A DNA stretch of 57,720 nucleotides from Verrucomicrobiales bacterium (GCA_041306405.1 JBFZFJ010000320.1:1-57720), one strand, 5' to 3'. Shown: positions 21,678-33,986, counted from the stretch's first letter. Translations and numbers: made by a program. Notes: a model not told the origin generated them from the sequence alone.

Positions 21678-22985
21678 TCAAACGATCTCCTCTTTGACCG
21701 GGTCCCAGCGGACCTGCCGTTTCTGCCGATATGCCTCGACCGACATCATCAGGGTGGCGACCTCGATGAAGGCCTCGTCCTCATGGCACTGGGTCCGCCC
21801 GCGGGTGCGCACGCAGGTCAGGAAGTCCAACAGGTGGTCGGGCTTGCGGTGTTCCTTGCCCGCTTTGAAAAAAAAGCCCGGCTCGGGCCGCGGATAGACC
21901 GCCGGCTTGTGGGCGACCTCGTCGCTGAAAATTTCAAACTGCGAGGCGTTTTGGCCGATCGAGTCAAAGATCATCCGCCCTTGCCGGCCGATGTATTCCG
22001 GAGTTTGGGAACGCCGCGAGTTCATGCAGCCCTCGAAGTTGACCACGCAGTTTCGTTTCTCGAACACATAACTTGAAAGCCAGGTATCCGGCACTTCGCG
22101 GTCGTCGTTCCAGAAGGCGTTGTGCCCTTGGGTCACACAGGTGTCTGGGATTCCGTAGCGCAACACGGTCTGGACATGGTCCATCTCGTGCGTCAGCAGA
22201 TCGCCGGCCTGGCCGGTCCCGTATGGCCAGTAACAGCGCCAGTGCCAGAAATGCCGTTCGTTGAAGTCAATTTCCGGAGCCGGCCCCAGCCAGCGTTGCC
22301 AATCCAGGTCCCGGAGGACCTGCTGCGGGTCAGGCCGCTCATAGACGTCATAGGAACCGTACCAGCGCCACGGCGGCCGCTCGGTTGGCCCGTTGAAAAA
22401 GCGGCCGGTGTTGACCAATGTCACCTCCCCGATTTTCCCTTCCGCGATCATGTGGTGGCCCACGTCCGCAGCGGCGAGTTGCCGGCCCTGGTGGCCGAGT
22501 TGCATCACCGCCTTGGCGTCCTTCACCGCGTTGCGCATCCGCTTGGCCGCCGCCACCGAGGTGGTCCAGCCTTTCTCGCAATAAACATCCTTACCGGCCG
22601 CCACGGCATCCACCACCATTTGCTCGTGCCAGTGGTCAGGGGTGGCGATGATGACCGCCTCGATCTGCGGATCGTCTAGCAGATCCTTGTAGTCCACAAA
22701 GGTCCGCACCTCGGGGTTGTTCGATGGTGCGATCCCCCGTTGGAGGTGCGGTTTGTAAACATCGCAGATGGCGACGACTTTGCACGCTTGGTTCGAACCG
22801 GCCACTCGGATCAGATCGCGGCCCCGCGTGCCGATGCCGATCTGGGCGATGCGCACCGGCTCGGCCGTCGGTTCGGCTCCGCGCAAGATGGCGGGGGCCG
22901 CCAGGGTGCCGGCGGCAATGGCGGCGGCGGTCTTGCCGCTGGTCTGGATGAACTCGCGACGGGAAATGGAATCAGACGGTTTCAT
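21678..22985 (-). CDS. Tat-exported Gfo/Idh/MocA family oxidoreductase
   Basis: MKPSDSISRREFI Tat signal, IGIGTRG, IATPDHWH, KDVYCEK, GDLLTHEMD. Confidence 0.9.
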   Translation of the reverse strand: MKPSDSISRREFIQTSGKTAAAIAAGTLAAPAILRGAEPTAEPVRIAQIGIGTRGRDLIRVAGSNQACKVVAICDVYKPHLQRGIAPSNNPEVRTFVDYKDLLDDPQIEAVIIATPDHWHEQMVVDAVAAGKDVYCEKGWTTSVAAAKRMRNAVKDAKAVMQLGHQGRQLAAADVGHHMIAEGKIGEVTLVNTGRFFNGPTERPPWRWYGSYDVYERPDPQQVLRDLDWQRWLGPAPEIDFNERHFWHWRCYWPYGTGQAGDLLTHEMDHVQTVLRYGIPDTCVTQGHNAFWNDDREVPDTWLSSYVFEKRNCVVNFEGCMNSRRSQTPEYIGRQGRMIFDSIGQNASQFEIFSDEVAHKPAVYPRPEPGFFFKAGKEHRKPDHLLDFLTCVRTRGRTQCHEDEAFIEVATLMMSVEAYRQKRQVRWDPVKEEIV

Positions 22986-23094
22986 GGCATGGGATTGGGG
23001 TTGAATTACCGGTGGGTCACCGACATGGATACGGCTGCATCGCAGCAAAAAATGCACAGCTGAGCTTGATAGTTTGATTCTTCCCTGCCCGATC

Positions 23095-23222
23095 AACCTG
23101 AGCGTGGAGGCGGAGAGGTTCAGCAGGCCCACGGCGACGACTGCCAGCAGGATCATCAGCGCGAGAGTGACGATTAGGGCGAAGCCGCTGGACCCGCGGT
23201 TTGGAGGTCTTGTGACTTCCAT
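23095..23222 (-). pseudogene. N-terminal remnant of a PilX/Verru_Chthon cassette A-like protein
   Basis: SGFALIVTLALMILLAVVAVGLLNLSASTLR prepilin-like N-terminus, then loss of protein-like character. Confidence 0.6.
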
Positions 23223-23489
23223 GGGTGGATGGATCCGCCATCCCGGCGCAATGAGCTAAGTGACTGGAATTCAGCTTTTTAATTAGCATCCAGTCTCACT
23301 TGGAGTTGGTGCCGACCTGAGCGGGGCGTCCCGGATTCCTGAGAGGGGAGGGGACGAGTGTCGCAAAAAGGCGACATTTTTTCGCGAGTTTTCCGTCGGG
23401 TCGAGGCGAATCCCATTGCCGCCCGGAGGTGGGGCCATAGTTTGCGTCCGTTGAGCCTGCGGATTTCAGCGGCCGAGCCGCCCTTGCCC

Positions 23490-24690
23490 ATGACCCCGAT
23501 CAATCCGCGCCACCTGTTGCTATCCGCCGCCCTTTTGCTCCAATCCGTGCCCGCCTCCACCCAGGGCGTTTTTCCCGGAGCTGATGAGAACACCCCCTCG
23601 CTGGCGCATTATTTTACCTGGATCAACAACACCAACGAGGGCGCGACCGCAGCCCAGACCCAGACGAATCTGGCGTTTTTCCAATGGCTGAAAAATGATT
23701 ACGGGATGACGCTCGACATCCACGCCTTCGATGCCGGGGTGATCGACGCGCCGAAATATTACGGCACGCCGGAGACCCGGAAATTCAAAGGCCAGTTCCC
23801 GCAGCGCTTCGGCCCGCTCGCCGAGCAGGCGAAGGGTTTCGGCGGCCGCCTCGGGGTGTGGCTCGGTCCCGATGGCTTCGGAAATACTCCCCGGGAGGAA
23901 AATGCGCGCATCGATTTCCTAACCTCGCTGTGCCGCGACCACCAGTTCCAGCTCTTCAAGATGGATGCCGTTTGCACCCAACTGCGCGAGGACAAGCAGG
24001 ACGCCTTCGTCCGGCTGATGGAATCCTGCCGCAAACACAGCCCGGACTTGATCCTCCTCAATCACCGGCTGGAACTCGGCAAGGCCGAGCCCCACGCGAC
24101 GACTTTCCTGTGGGAAGGCGCGGAGACCTACATCGACGTCCACATGGTCAACACCACCACCGCTCCCCACAACCGCGCGGGGGCGCTCGGGCGAGGCTTG
24201 CCGCCGGAACTCAAGCGGCTGGCGGAGGAGCGTGTCGCCGAGGTCGAGGCGTTCAAGGACGGCAAGCCGCTCGACCGCGCCGCGTGGCGTGCCAGCAGCC
24301 TCTTCGCCCACCCCGACGCCCTGCCAGCCACCGCCGCATGGTCGGCCGGCGTGACCGTGGATGAAATCACCCCCACCTCCTACCTCTGCGTGGCGGTGGA
24401 AGGAAAACACGGCAAGGAGGGATGCTATGCCGCCATCCGTCGGAACGGCAAGCTGATCGGCGCGCCGGACCGCGCCTCCTCCTACCCCGTGATTTCCTGG
24501 GAAAACCCGGTTCGCGGCCGCGAGAGCGGATACACCTATTTCTTCCCGCTCGATCCATCAATGGTCGGTGAAAAGCTCGAAATCGTCCTGCTCGGCATGA
24601 AAGGCGGCGGTCAGGACCTGCAAACCTTCCGTCTGGCTCACCGCCCGCGATTTGCCGTTCACCACCGAGCTCCGGAAAATCCCACGGTGA
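23490..24690 (+). pseudogene. Secreted hypothetical (glycoside-hydrolase-like) gene with probable internal deletion and 3' frameshift
   Basis: Signal peptide plus YFTWINNTNEG...FDAG...FKMDAVC; abrupt junction near 24227; an extra A near 24622 hides the more plausible end PSVWLTARDLPF and makes the frame run into the next gene. Confidence 0.55.
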
Positions 24691-24803
24691 GCATGAATCC
24701 GCGCCACCGGAAGTTGGCTGCCCCTCATCCGGGGTTGATGAAAGGGAGTGCCAGAAATGCCCGTTTAGGCGGTCACGATTCCGGCACCGTGCTATTTGAA
24801 ATC

Positions 24804-27689
24804 ATGTCGAAGCGATTCCGTCCTCTCGCCGCCTTGTTGATCCTGAGCATTCCGCTCGAGGCAGCGGTGGATTTCGCCCGCGACGTCCGCCCCATCCTCA
24901 ACGCCAACTGCACCGCCTGCCACGGCGGCGTCAAGGAGGCTGGCGAGGTTTCATTCATCTATCGGGACAAAGCTCTCGGCAAAGGCGAGTCCGGCAAGCC
25001 GGTGATCGTCCCCGGCAAACCCGATGCCTCGGAAATGATCGCCCGCATCACCTCCAAGGATCCGGACGAGGTCATGCCGAAGCCTGAGCACGGTCCCCCG
25101 CTCAGCTCCGCGCAGATCGCCACCCTCCGCCAGTGGATCACCGAAGGCGCGAAATGGGGCGAGCATTGGTCGTTCGTCGCTCCGGAAAACCACCCGCGGC
25201 CTCCCGTTCGTAAAACCGATTGGCCGATCCGCGGCCTCGATCACTTCATCCTCGGCCGCCTTGAATCTGAGAAGCTGAATCCATCGCCCGCCGCCGATCC
25301 CGCGCAGTGGTTGCGCCGCGCCTCGTTCGACCTCACCGGACTGCCGCCCACCATCGACGAACTCGACGCCTTCCAAAAAGCAGCTTCCGCAGACCTGCAA
25401 GCTGCCATCGAAAAGGAAACCGACCGGCTGCTCGCATCGCCGCATTTCGGCGAGCGCTGGGCCTCCGTCTGGATGGACCTCGCCCGCTACGCCGATAGCG
25501 CGGGCTACGCCGACGATGGCCGCCGCGAGGTCTGGAAATACCGCGATTGGCTCATCGACGCCTTCAACCGCGACCTGCCATTCGACCAATTCACCATCGA
25601 ACAGATCGCCGGCGATCTGATCCCTAACGCGACGCTCGACCAGAAGATCGCCACCACTTTCAGCCGCCTCACCCAGGTCAACAGCGAGGGCGGCACCGAT
25701 GATGAGGAGTTCCGCGTCGCCGCCGTCATCGACCGCATGAGCACCACTTGGGAGGCATGGATGGGCATCAGCTTCGGCTGCGTACAATGCCACTCCCACC
25801 CCTATGATCCGATCCAACACGAGGAATTCTATCAATTCATGGAGTTCTTCAATCAATCCGCCGACGCCGACCTGGTCGAAGACCTGCCCAAGCTCGCCGT
25901 GCCCGTGGACAAGGCCCGCTATGCCGATGCCAACGCCCTTCACAATCAAATCCTCGGCGCGGAGAAATCCCTTCACGACGCCCGCGTGAAAATCGACTCC
26001 GCCACCCGCTGGCAACCCGCGCGGTCGGTCACCGCCGAGGCGAAGAAAGCCGTTCTCAGCATCGTCGAGCAGGACGGCGTCCAAGAGTTCCGCGCCGACC
26101 CGAACGTCGCCGCCGGAGCCGAATACATGCTCACGTTCCCCACCGATCTCAAGACCGTCACCGCCCTGCGTTTGGAGCTTCTCCCGCTCGACGAGAAAAA
26201 AGCCACCCACACCCCGGAGTGGGGCGGCATCATCCGGCATATACTGCTAGGCGTCATCGATCCGTCCGGCAAGGCGACCCCCGTGCCGTTCCATGAAGCC
26301 ATCGCCGACGAAGCCCACCCGATGCATGATCCGAACGGCTCGATCAAAGGTGACGAGCGCGGATGGGGCACCTACTCGAAAATCTTCACCCCGCGCCACG
26401 CCACCTTCGCGCTCGCGGAACCCCTAACCGTTGCTCCGGATTCCAAGCTGCGCGTGACTCTCAAGAACGGCTATATCTATCAGGCGAGTTTCCCGATGGT
26501 CGCCAAGCGCGGACGCATCTCGCTCACCGACCAGCCGGAGTGGATCAGCCACCGCACGCAAACCGAGGTGGTTTCCGCCAAGCAGCGGATCGAGGAAGCC
26601 CGCAAGAAACTCAAGGAAATCCCATCCACCACCACCCCGGTGATGGTCGAACGCGACCCGGCCTTCGCACGCGGCACCCACGTCTTCCTCCGCGGCAACT
26701 GGCTCGACAAGGGCGATTTCATCAAGGAGGCCGGCACCCCGAAAATTTTCCCGCCACTCCCCAAAAGCGGCGAACGCGCCACGCGCCTCGACCTCGCGCG
26801 ATGGATCGCCTCGCCATCCAATCCGCTCACCGCCCGCGTCGCCGTCAACCGCCTCTGGCTTGAACTCTTCGGCACCGGCATCGTCCCCACTCCGGAAGAC
26901 TTCGGCTCCGCCGGCGAGCATCCCACACACCCGGAGTTGTTGGATCACCTCGCCGTGCGCTTTTCCTCCGAGATGAAATGGAGCGTCAAATCGATGCTGC
27001 GCGAGTTGGTCACCAGCTCCACCTATCGGCAGGACTCGACCATCCCCGCCGATCTGGTAGAGCGCGATGCCGGCAACCGCCTGCTCGCCCGTGGTCCGCG
27101 CCAGCGCCTCACCGCCGAGATGATGCGCGACCACTCGCTCACCGCCGCCGGACTCATCAGCCCCCGCATCGGTGGCATTCCGGCCCAACCGCCGCTGCCA
27201 CCCGGCGTCTGGAAACCATTCACCAAGGACGAGTGGAAAACCCCGGAACCCGGCGACCCGGAACGCTACCGCCGCGCGGTTTACATCTACTTCAAGCGCA
27301 GCCTGCTCTATCCGCTTTTCAGCTCCTTCGATGTGCCTCCGCGCGACATCTCGTCCAAGCGCCGCCTCGTTTCCAACACTCCGCTCCAGGCGCTCACCAC
27401 GCTCAACGACGCCGCCTTCCACGAAGCCGCCATCGCCATCTCCAAACGCATGGCCGAGGCCGCGCCGGATGACCTTGCCGCCAGCATCGCTTACGGTTAC
27501 CGTCTCGTCGCCACGCGTGAAATCACCCCGGACCGCAGCTCGGAGCTGCGCGAACTCTATCAGCATCTCGTCGCCGAATACACCGCCGCGCCCGACACGA
27601 TGAAGGATCTCGCCGACACCCCGGAAAAAGCCGCCCTCGCCATCGTCGCCTCCGTCATGCTCAACCTCGACGAATCGCTAGCCCGCTAG
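24804..27689 (+). CDS. Planctomycete cytochrome c + DUF1549 (PSCyt2) + DUF1553 (PSD1) domain protein
   Basis: [73 protein letters not shown]. Confidence 0.92.
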   Translation: MSKRFRPLAALLILSIPLEAAVDFARDVRPILNANCTACHGGVKEAGEVSFIYRDKALGKGESGKPVIVPGKPDASEMIARITSKDPDEVMPKPEHGPPLSSAQIATLRQWITEGAKWGEHWSFVAPENHPRPPVRKTDWPIRGLDHFILGRLESEKLNPSPAADPAQWLRRASFDLTGLPPTIDELDAFQKAASADLQAAIEKETDRLLASPHFGERWASVWMDLARYADSAGYADDGRREVWKYRDWLIDAFNRDLPFDQFTIEQIAGDLIPNATLDQKIATTFSRLTQVNSEGGTDDEEFRVAAVIDRMSTTWEAWMGISFGCVQCHSHPYDPIQHEEFYQFMEFFNQSADADLVEDLPKLAVPVDKARYADANALHNQILGAEKSLHDARVKIDSATRWQPARSVTAEAKKAVLSIVEQDGVQEFRADPNVAAGAEYMLTFPTDLKTVTALRLELLPLDEKKATHTPEWGGIIRHILLGVIDPSGKATPVPFHEAIADEAHPMHDPNGSIKGDERGWGTYSKIFTPRHATFALAEPLTVAPDSKLRVTLKNGYIYQASFPMVAKRGRISLTDQPEWISHRTQTEVVSAKQRIEEARKKLKEIPSTTTPVMVERDPAFARGTHVFLRGNWLDKGDFIKEAGTPKIFPPLPKSGERATRLDLARWIASPSNPLTARVAVNRLWLELFGTGIVPTPEDFGSAGEHPTHPELLDHLAVRFSSEMKWSVKSMLRELVTSSTYRQDSTIPADLVERDAGNRLLARGPRQRLTAEMMRDHSLTAAGLISPRIGGIPAQPPLPPGVWKPFTKDEWKTPEPGDPERYRRAVYIYFKRSLLYPLFSSFDVPPRDISSKRRLVSNTPLQALTTLNDAAFHEAAIAISKRMAEAAPDDLAASIAYGYRLVATREITPDRSSELRELYQHLVAEYTAAPDTMKDLADTPEKAALAIVASVMLNLDESLAR

Positions 27690-27693
27690 AGCC

Positions 27694-29172
27694 ATGAACA
27701 TTGCCCAACATCTCCAGCAAGAGCAGCTCCGCCACGCCACGCGCCGGCATTTCCTCAAGGAAGCCGCGTTCGGCCTCGGCTCGCTTTGCCTAACGAGCCA
27801 GAATGTCTTCGGGGCCGGGGGCTCCGTGGGCCAGCACGACGTCGCCAATCCGCTGGCACCGCTCGCCCCGTCCTTCGCGCCCAAGGCCAAGCGCATCATC
27901 TTCCTCCACATGGCCGGCGCGCCGAGCCAGATGGAGCTGTTCGACTACAAACCCATGCTTGCCAAATACGACGGCAAGGACTGCCCGGCCGAATACCTCG
28001 CAGGCCAGCGCTTTGCCTTCATCCAGGGCGTTCCGCGTTTGCTAGGCCCGCAGTTCGATTTCAAACAACACGGCCAGTCCGGCGCCTGGATTTCCGACCG
28101 TCTGCCGTCGCTCCACGCGCATGCCGACAAGCTCTGCTTCATCAAGTCGATGCAGACCGACCAGTTCAATCACGCGCCGGCCAAGCTCCTGATGCACACC
28201 GGCAACCAGAACCTAGGCTACCCCTCGATGGGCTCGTGGATCACCTGGGGGCTCGGCAGCGAAAACCAGAACCTGCCAGGTTACATGGTCCTGCTCTCCG
28301 GCGGTCGGCCGCCCCGCGCCGGGGCCGCGCTGTGGGCGAACGGCTTCCTGCCATCCGTCTATCAGGGAGTCCAATGCCGCTCCGGCGGCGACCCGGTCCT
28401 CAACGCCGCGAATCCTCCCGGCATCAACCGCGAGATCCGCCGCGCCGCGCTCGATTCCCTCAAAGGGCTCAACGCCCGTACCCACGAAGACTTCGGCGAT
28501 CCGGAAACCGTCACCCGCATCGCCCAATACGAAATGGCCTACCGCATGCAGATGTCCGTGCCCGAGGTGATGAGCATCAACAACGAACCCGCCCACATCC
28601 GTGAAATGTATGGCGCGGAGCCCGGCAAGACCTCCTTCGCTAACAACTGCCTGCTCGCCCGCCGCCTTGCGGAAAACGGCGTGCGTTTCATCCAGCTCTT
28701 CGACTGGGGCTGGGACACCCACGGTTCCAGCGCCTCGGAATCGCTCAAGGACGGCTTCGTTAAAAAGTGCCAGGACATCGACAAGCCGGTCGGCGCGCTG
28801 CTAACCGACCTCGAACAGCGTGGCATGTTGGAAGACACGCTGCTCGTCTGGGGCGGCGAGTTCGGCCGCACCCCGATGCAGGAAAACCGCGGCGGCGGCG
28901 CGGCGAACGCCTTCGTCGGCCGCGACCATAACCCGAACGCCTTCACCATCTGGATGGCCGGCGGCGGCGTCAAACCCGGCATCAGCTACGGCGAGACCGA
29001 CGAACTCGGCTACCGCGTCGCCTCCGATCCGGTCCACGTCCGCGACTTCCACGCCACGCTCCTCCAGCTCTTCGGCTTCGATCATCACAAGCTCTCGTTC
29101 CCGTTCCAAGGGCTCAACCAGAAACTCACCGGCGTGAAACCCGCCAAGGTGATCAAAGGCATCCTCGCATGA
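27694..29172 (+). CDS. DUF1501 family protein (Tat signal)
   Basis: [49 protein letters not shown]. Confidence 0.92.
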   Translation: MNIAQHLQQEQLRHATRRHFLKEAAFGLGSLCLTSQNVFGAGGSVGQHDVANPLAPLAPSFAPKAKRIIFLHMAGAPSQMELFDYKPMLAKYDGKDCPAEYLAGQRFAFIQGVPRLLGPQFDFKQHGQSGAWISDRLPSLHAHADKLCFIKSMQTDQFNHAPAKLLMHTGNQNLGYPSMGSWITWGLGSENQNLPGYMVLLSGGRPPRAGAALWANGFLPSVYQGVQCRSGGDPVLNAANPPGINREIRRAALDSLKGLNARTHEDFGDPETVTRIAQYEMAYRMQMSVPEVMSINNEPAHIREMYGAEPGKTSFANNCLLARRLAENGVRFIQLFDWGWDTHGSSASESLKDGFVKKCQDIDKPVGALLTDLEQRGMLEDTLLVWGGEFGRTPMQENRGGGAANAFVGRDHNPNAFTIWMAGGGVKPGISYGETDELGYRVASDPVHVRDFHATLLQLFGFDHHKLSFPFQGLNQKLTGVKPAKVIKGILA

Positions 29173-31616
29173 CGACCCTGCGGCTCCAATTCATCCTGTC
29201 GGCACTGCCCGTCGCATTGGCGTGTGCCCTCGCCCACGCCGCAGAGCCGAGTTTCAACCGCGACATCCGCCCCATCCTCTCGGAAAACTGTTTCCTCTGT
29301 CACGGTCAGGACCCGAAACACAGGGGAGGGGAGTTGCGCCTCGACATCCGCGAGGACGCCGTCGCCCAGCGCGATGGAGCCGCCGCCATCGTCCCAGGTC
29401 ACCCCGACCAAAGCGGGATCATCCAACACATTCTATCCAATGATCCGGAGGTCGTCATGCCGCCGCCGAAGGCTCACCTCGCCGCCATCCCGCCGGAACA
29501 CATCGACACCCTCAAGCGCTGGATCACCGCGGGCGCGCCCTACGAACCGCACTGGTCCTTCGTTCCTCCCAAAAAAGCCGCCGTCCCCGCAGGCGTCGGT
29601 CCGGTGGATCATTTCATCAATCAGCGCCTCGCCGGGGAAAAACTCGCGCCCAGTCCGCCCACCGATCCGGAAACACTCGTCCGCAGGATGTTTCTCGATC
29701 TAACCGGCCTGCCGCCCGCCCCCAAGGATACCGACGCATTTCTCTCCGACTCCTCCCCCGACCGCAGGGACCGCCTCATCGCACGGCTGATGGACTCGCC
29801 GCATTTCGCCGAGCGCATGGCGCTGCCGTGGCTCGACGGCGCGCGCTACTCGGACACCCACGGCTATTCCATCGACGACCACCGCGACATGTGGGCCTGG
29901 CGCGACTGGGTCATCCACGCCTTCGCGACTAATCAGTCTTACGACCAGTTCCTGCTGGAGCAAATCGCCGGCGACCTCATTCCCAACGCCACCCCGAACC
30001 AGATCGCCGCCACCGGATTCCTGCGCAACAGCATGAACACCCACGAAGGCGGCACCATCGCCGAAGAATACCGCGTCAACTACACCGTGGACAAGGTGGA
30101 CACGGTCTCCACCTCCATGCTCGGCCTGACGATGAAGTGCGCCCAGTGCCACGACCACAAATACGACCCGATCTCCCAGAAGGAATACTTCCGGATGTAT
30201 GCCTTTTTCAACACCTCCTCCGAACCCGGAAAAGGAGCGACCAACGCCAACACCAATCCGGTGATGGACTACATCTCCCCGCTCGGCGACGGCGGCATGG
30301 CGGGTCTCAAGGCGCGCGTCGCCGAATTGGAATATCACAAACTCCACCCCACCGAGCCGGTCGTCAAAGCCCGTGCCGAATGGGAAACCAGGCAATCCCC
30401 GCCCGACGGCCCGCTCGCCGTTGCTCTCAAGACACCTGTCAGCCAACGCGCCAACGAACACTGGCAGACCATCAACTCCGCGTTCCTCCTATCCAACGAT
30501 CCGATGGCGGGCCGCATGAAAGTCGCCGTCACGACCATCGAAACGGAGATCAAGGTTCTGGAAAGCCAAATCAAGCGCGGCAAGACCACCGTCATGGTCA
30601 TGGACTACAAGCCGGAGTTGCGCAAAACCCACATCCTCGTCCGTGGCGCTTACGATCAATACGGCGAGGAAGTCACAAGCGGCGTGCCCGCCGTGCTGCC
30701 TCAACTAGCGGAAGGCGGAAACGCCACCCGCCTCGACCTCGCGAAATGGATCATCCGGCCTGATCATCCGCTCACCGCCCGCGTCGCGGTGAACCGCGTC
30801 TGGCAGATGGTATTCGGCCGTGGCATCGTGGAGAGCGCCGGAGATTTCGGCAACCAGGGCTCGTGGCCCACCCATCCCGAACTCCTCGATTGGCTCGCCG
30901 TGGACCTCGTCGAACACGGCTGGGACCTCCGCCACACGCTCCGCACCATTCTCACCTCGGAAACCTACCGCCGCTCCGCCGCCGCCACGTCCGGGCAGCT
31001 CGAAAAAGACCCGCGCAACCAACTCCTCGCCCGCTCGCCACGCACCCGCCTGCCCGCCGAAATCATCCGCGACCAAGCGCTCGCCGCCAGCGGCCTGCTC
31101 GATCTAACCATCGGCGGCCCCGGCGTCCACCCACCGCAGCCGGACCTCTGGAGCGAGATCAGCCATTTCGGATACACGCCACCTTTCACCGCGCAGGTCT
31201 TTCTATCAAGTCGCGGCTTTTCGAACCACCGCCGCAGCCTCTACACCTTCTGGAAGCGCACCTCGCCGCCGCCCGTCATGGCCCTCTTCGACGCCCCCAC
31301 CCGCGAAACCTGCTCGGTCGTCCGCAACGCCACCAACACCCCGCTGCAAGCGCTCGTCCTCCTCAACGAACCGCAATTCGTCGAAGCCGGGGCCGCCCTC
31401 GGCCAGCGCATGATCGCGGAAGGCGGCGACTCCGCCGAGGCCCGGCTCACCCACGGCTTCCGCCTCGCCACCGGGCGCAAACCCGCCCCGCAGGAACTCT
31501 CGTTGTTAGCCACCGCGCTCGACCGTCACCTCAAGCGCCTCGGCGGCGAACCCGCCGCCTACGCCATGATCGGTTCCACCCTCATCAACCTTGACGAATT
31601 CATCAACCGGCCATGA
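29169..31616 (+). CDS. Second planctomycete cytochrome c + DUF1549/DUF1553 protein
   Basis: [53 protein letters not shown]. Confidence 0.92.
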   Translation: MTTLRLQFILSALPVALACALAHAAEPSFNRDIRPILSENCFLCHGQDPKHRGGELRLDIREDAVAQRDGAAAIVPGHPDQSGIIQHILSNDPEVVMPPPKAHLAAIPPEHIDTLKRWITAGAPYEPHWSFVPPKKAAVPAGVGPVDHFINQRLAGEKLAPSPPTDPETLVRRMFLDLTGLPPAPKDTDAFLSDSSPDRRDRLIARLMDSPHFAERMALPWLDGARYSDTHGYSIDDHRDMWAWRDWVIHAFATNQSYDQFLLEQIAGDLIPNATPNQIAATGFLRNSMNTHEGGTIAEEYRVNYTVDKVDTVSTSMLGLTMKCAQCHDHKYDPISQKEYFRMYAFFNTSSEPGKGATNANTNPVMDYISPLGDGGMAGLKARVAELEYHKLHPTEPVVKARAEWETRQSPPDGPLAVALKTPVSQRANEHWQTINSAFLLSNDPMAGRMKVAVTTIETEIKVLESQIKRGKTTVMVMDYKPELRKTHILVRGAYDQYGEEVTSGVPAVLPQLAEGGNATRLDLAKWIIRPDHPLTARVAVNRVWQMVFGRGIVESAGDFGNQGSWPTHPELLDWLAVDLVEHGWDLRHTLRTILTSETYRRSAAATSGQLEKDPRNQLLARSPRTRLPAEIIRDQALAASGLLDLTIGGPGVHPPQPDLWSEISHFGYTPPFTAQVFLSSRGFSNHRRSLYTFWKRTSPPPVMALFDAPTRETCSVVRNATNTPLQALVLLNEPQFVEAGAALGQRMIAEGGDSAEARLTHGFRLATGRKPAPQELSLLATALDRHLKRLGGEPAAYAMIGSTLINLDEFINRP

Positions 31617-33046
31617 ACCCGCTCGAAGCCCATCTCAACTCGATCTCGCGCCGCAGTTTCCTCGGGCTCACCGGCCTCGGCCTCGGAGCCATGGCCGCTC
31701 GCTCGCTGATGGCCGCCGATGTGAAATCCATCGCCGCGCCCCGCGGCGTTTCCCATTTCGCGCCCACGGCGAAACGCGTCATCTATCTCTTCCAATCCGG
31801 CGGCCCCTCGCACATCGACCTCTTCGACTACAAGCCGCAGTTGGAAAAAGTCCACGGCATCGACCTGCCCGACTCCGTTCGCCAGGGCCAACGCCTAACG
31901 GGCATGACTTCCGGCCAGAAAGACTTCCCCGTTTGCAAAAGCCTCGCCGCCTTCAAGCAGCGCGGCAACAGCGGCCAGTGGATCAGCGACCTGCTGCCTT
32001 ACACCGCGGGCGTCGCCGATGAAATCGCCGTCATCCGCAGCATGCACACCGAGGCGATCAACCACGATCCCGGCATCACCTTCATCAACACCGGTTCGCA
32101 GTTTCCCGGCTCGCCGAGCATGGGATCGTGGGTCTCCTACGGCCTCGGCAGCATGAACGAAAACCTGCCCGCCTACGTCGTCCTCGTTTCCCAGGGCACC
32201 GGCAAGAACCCCGGCCAGCCGATCTTCTCCCGCCTCTGGGGCAGCGGCTTTCTGCCCTCCAGCCACCAAGGCGTGCAGTTCCGCAGCAGCAAGGATCCCG
32301 TGCTCTTCCTCAACGACCCCGCCGGCATGACCCGCTCCGACCGCCGCGCCATGCTCGACGACCTCGGCCAGCTCAACCAGATCCGCCACAACCAACTCGC
32401 CGACCCGGAAATCCTCGCCCGCATCAGCCAATACGAACTGGCCTTCCGCATGCAGGCCTCCGCGCCCGAGCTCGCCGATCTATCCGACGAACCCGACTGG
32501 GTCTTCGACCTCTACGGCCCTGACTCGCGCCGCCCCGGCACCTACGCCTACAACTGCCTGCTCGCCCGCCGCATGGCCGAGCGCGGCGTGCGCTTCACCC
32601 AGCTCTTCCACCGCGGCTGGGACCAGCACGACAACCTCCAGACCCATCTCGCCAACCAGTGCCGCGACACCGACCAGGCCTCCGCCGCACTCATCACCGA
32701 CCTGAAACAGCGTGGAATGTTAGAAGACACCCTCGTGATCTGGGGCGGCGAGTTCGGACGCACCGTTTACAGCCAGGGAAAAATCGGCGAGGGGCGCGAC
32801 CACCACGGCCGCTGCTTCAGTGTCTGGGTGGCCGGCGGCGGCGTGAAAGGCGGCGCCAGCTACGGGCTAACGGATGATTATTCCTACAACATCGTCGAAA
32901 ACCCCGTCCACATCCGCGACCTCAACGCCACCATCCTCCATTGCCTCGGCATGGACCACAACCGCTTCACCTTCCGCTCCCAGGGCCTCAACCAGAAACC
33001 CACCGGCGTCGAGCCCGCGCACGTGGTCAAAGGGATTCTCGCATGA
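31613..33046 (+). CDS. Second DUF1501 family protein (Tat signal)
   Basis: [49 protein letters not shown]. Confidence 0.92.
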   Translation: MNPLEAHLNSISRRSFLGLTGLGLGAMAARSLMAADVKSIAAPRGVSHFAPTAKRVIYLFQSGGPSHIDLFDYKPQLEKVHGIDLPDSVRQGQRLTGMTSGQKDFPVCKSLAAFKQRGNSGQWISDLLPYTAGVADEIAVIRSMHTEAINHDPGITFINTGSQFPGSPSMGSWVSYGLGSMNENLPAYVVLVSQGTGKNPGQPIFSRLWGSGFLPSSHQGVQFRSSKDPVLFLNDPAGMTRSDRRAMLDDLGQLNQIRHNQLADPEILARISQYELAFRMQASAPELADLSDEPDWVFDLYGPDSRRPGTYAYNCLLARRMAERGVRFTQLFHRGWDQHDNLQTHLANQCRDTDQASAALITDLKQRGMLEDTLVIWGGEFGRTVYSQGKIGEGRDHHGRCFSVWVAGGGVKGGASYGLTDDYSYNIVENPVHIRDLNATILHCLGMDHNRFTFRSQGLNQKPTGVEPAHVVKGILA

Positions 33047-33108
33047 CCAAATCCGTCGGCGGCGCGGCCAAAAAGGCCGGGCGCAAGGGGAAGAGGAACC
33101 AACCCTGA
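33043..33108 (+). pseudogene. 21-codon scar: coupled start fused to a basic C-terminal tail
   Basis: ATGA overlap with the DUF1501 stop; [21 protein letters not shown] resembles the basic tail of the sulfatase ending at 12854. Confidence 0.4.
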
Positions 33109-33287
33109 GTGCCTGGGATCGATCGGAATTTGGAAAGATTCATCATGAAGCACACGTATCGGCCGAGTCACACATGCCAGCCAGCTTGATGAAAATCCCT
33201 CGACTTTCGCGCCACCGCGCCACCTTGTTCACCTCGGAACGGCAGGCTCAAAACGACCCGGAGAACGGCAAATCCTAATAAACTCCC

Positions 33288-33833
33288 ATGAAACGATTGA
33301 TCCTGCTCGCCGCGCTTCTCTGCTGCCAGTCCTTTGCGGCGAAGCCCAACATCCTGTTCATCGCCATCGACGACCAGAACGACTGGATCGGCCACCTCGG
33401 CGGGCATCCGCTGGCGAAGACGCCCCACATCGACAAGCTCGCCGCGCGCGGCACCACCTTCCTCAACGCGCACTGCAACTCGCCGCTGTGCAATGCCTCG
33501 CGCACCAGCCTGATGCTCGGCCTGCGTCCGACCACCACCGGGATCTATGGACTCGCGCCGTGGTTCCGCAGTCTGCCGGAGTGGAAGGACCGGGTGAGGC
33601 TGCCCCGGCATTTCGCCAATAACGGCTACCGCACCGCCGCAACGGGGAAGATCTATCATCTCGGCACCGGCGGAAAGGAGAAGGGCGGGGACGGTTCCAA
33701 GTCCGAGTTCCAAATCACCGCGCCCCTCGGCGGCGTCGGCACTGTCCCGCCGAAGAACAGGGCCTCATCGATGGCATCGCGGCACTCAACGATTTGCGCC
33801 AAACGACATTCCGAGCGGATCCCGAACTGCTGA
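33288..33833 (+). pseudogene. Truncated sulfatase (iduronate/choline-sulfatase-like N-terminus)
   Basis: PNILFIAIDDQND, CNASR, GKIYH; only about 150 sulfatase-like residues before the sequence degenerates. Confidence 0.85.
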
Positions 33834-33986
33834 GGCGATTCGAAGCACGGATGAAGGCCAGACAAGGCTAACTCAGGCCACATTTTGTGTCTCAAAACGG
33901 CACCTCTCCCGCCAGTTCCTCCACTTCCTCCGCCACCCGCGCCGCGTGGCTGTGGCGTCCCGCCGCAGTCCGTCTCCGGAGCGTCT

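Noticed and set aside
21678-23222. 514-aa prepilin-oxidoreductase fusion
   Set aside because: The oxidoreductase has its own Tat signal at 22985; the upstream part is a separate remnant that happens to be in frame.
23358-27689. 1443-aa ORF as a genuine novel fusion protein
   Set aside because: The cytochrome c-PSD1 part has its own start and signal peptide at 24804; the linker is non-protein-like and arises from a frameshift near 24622 in a damaged upstream gene.
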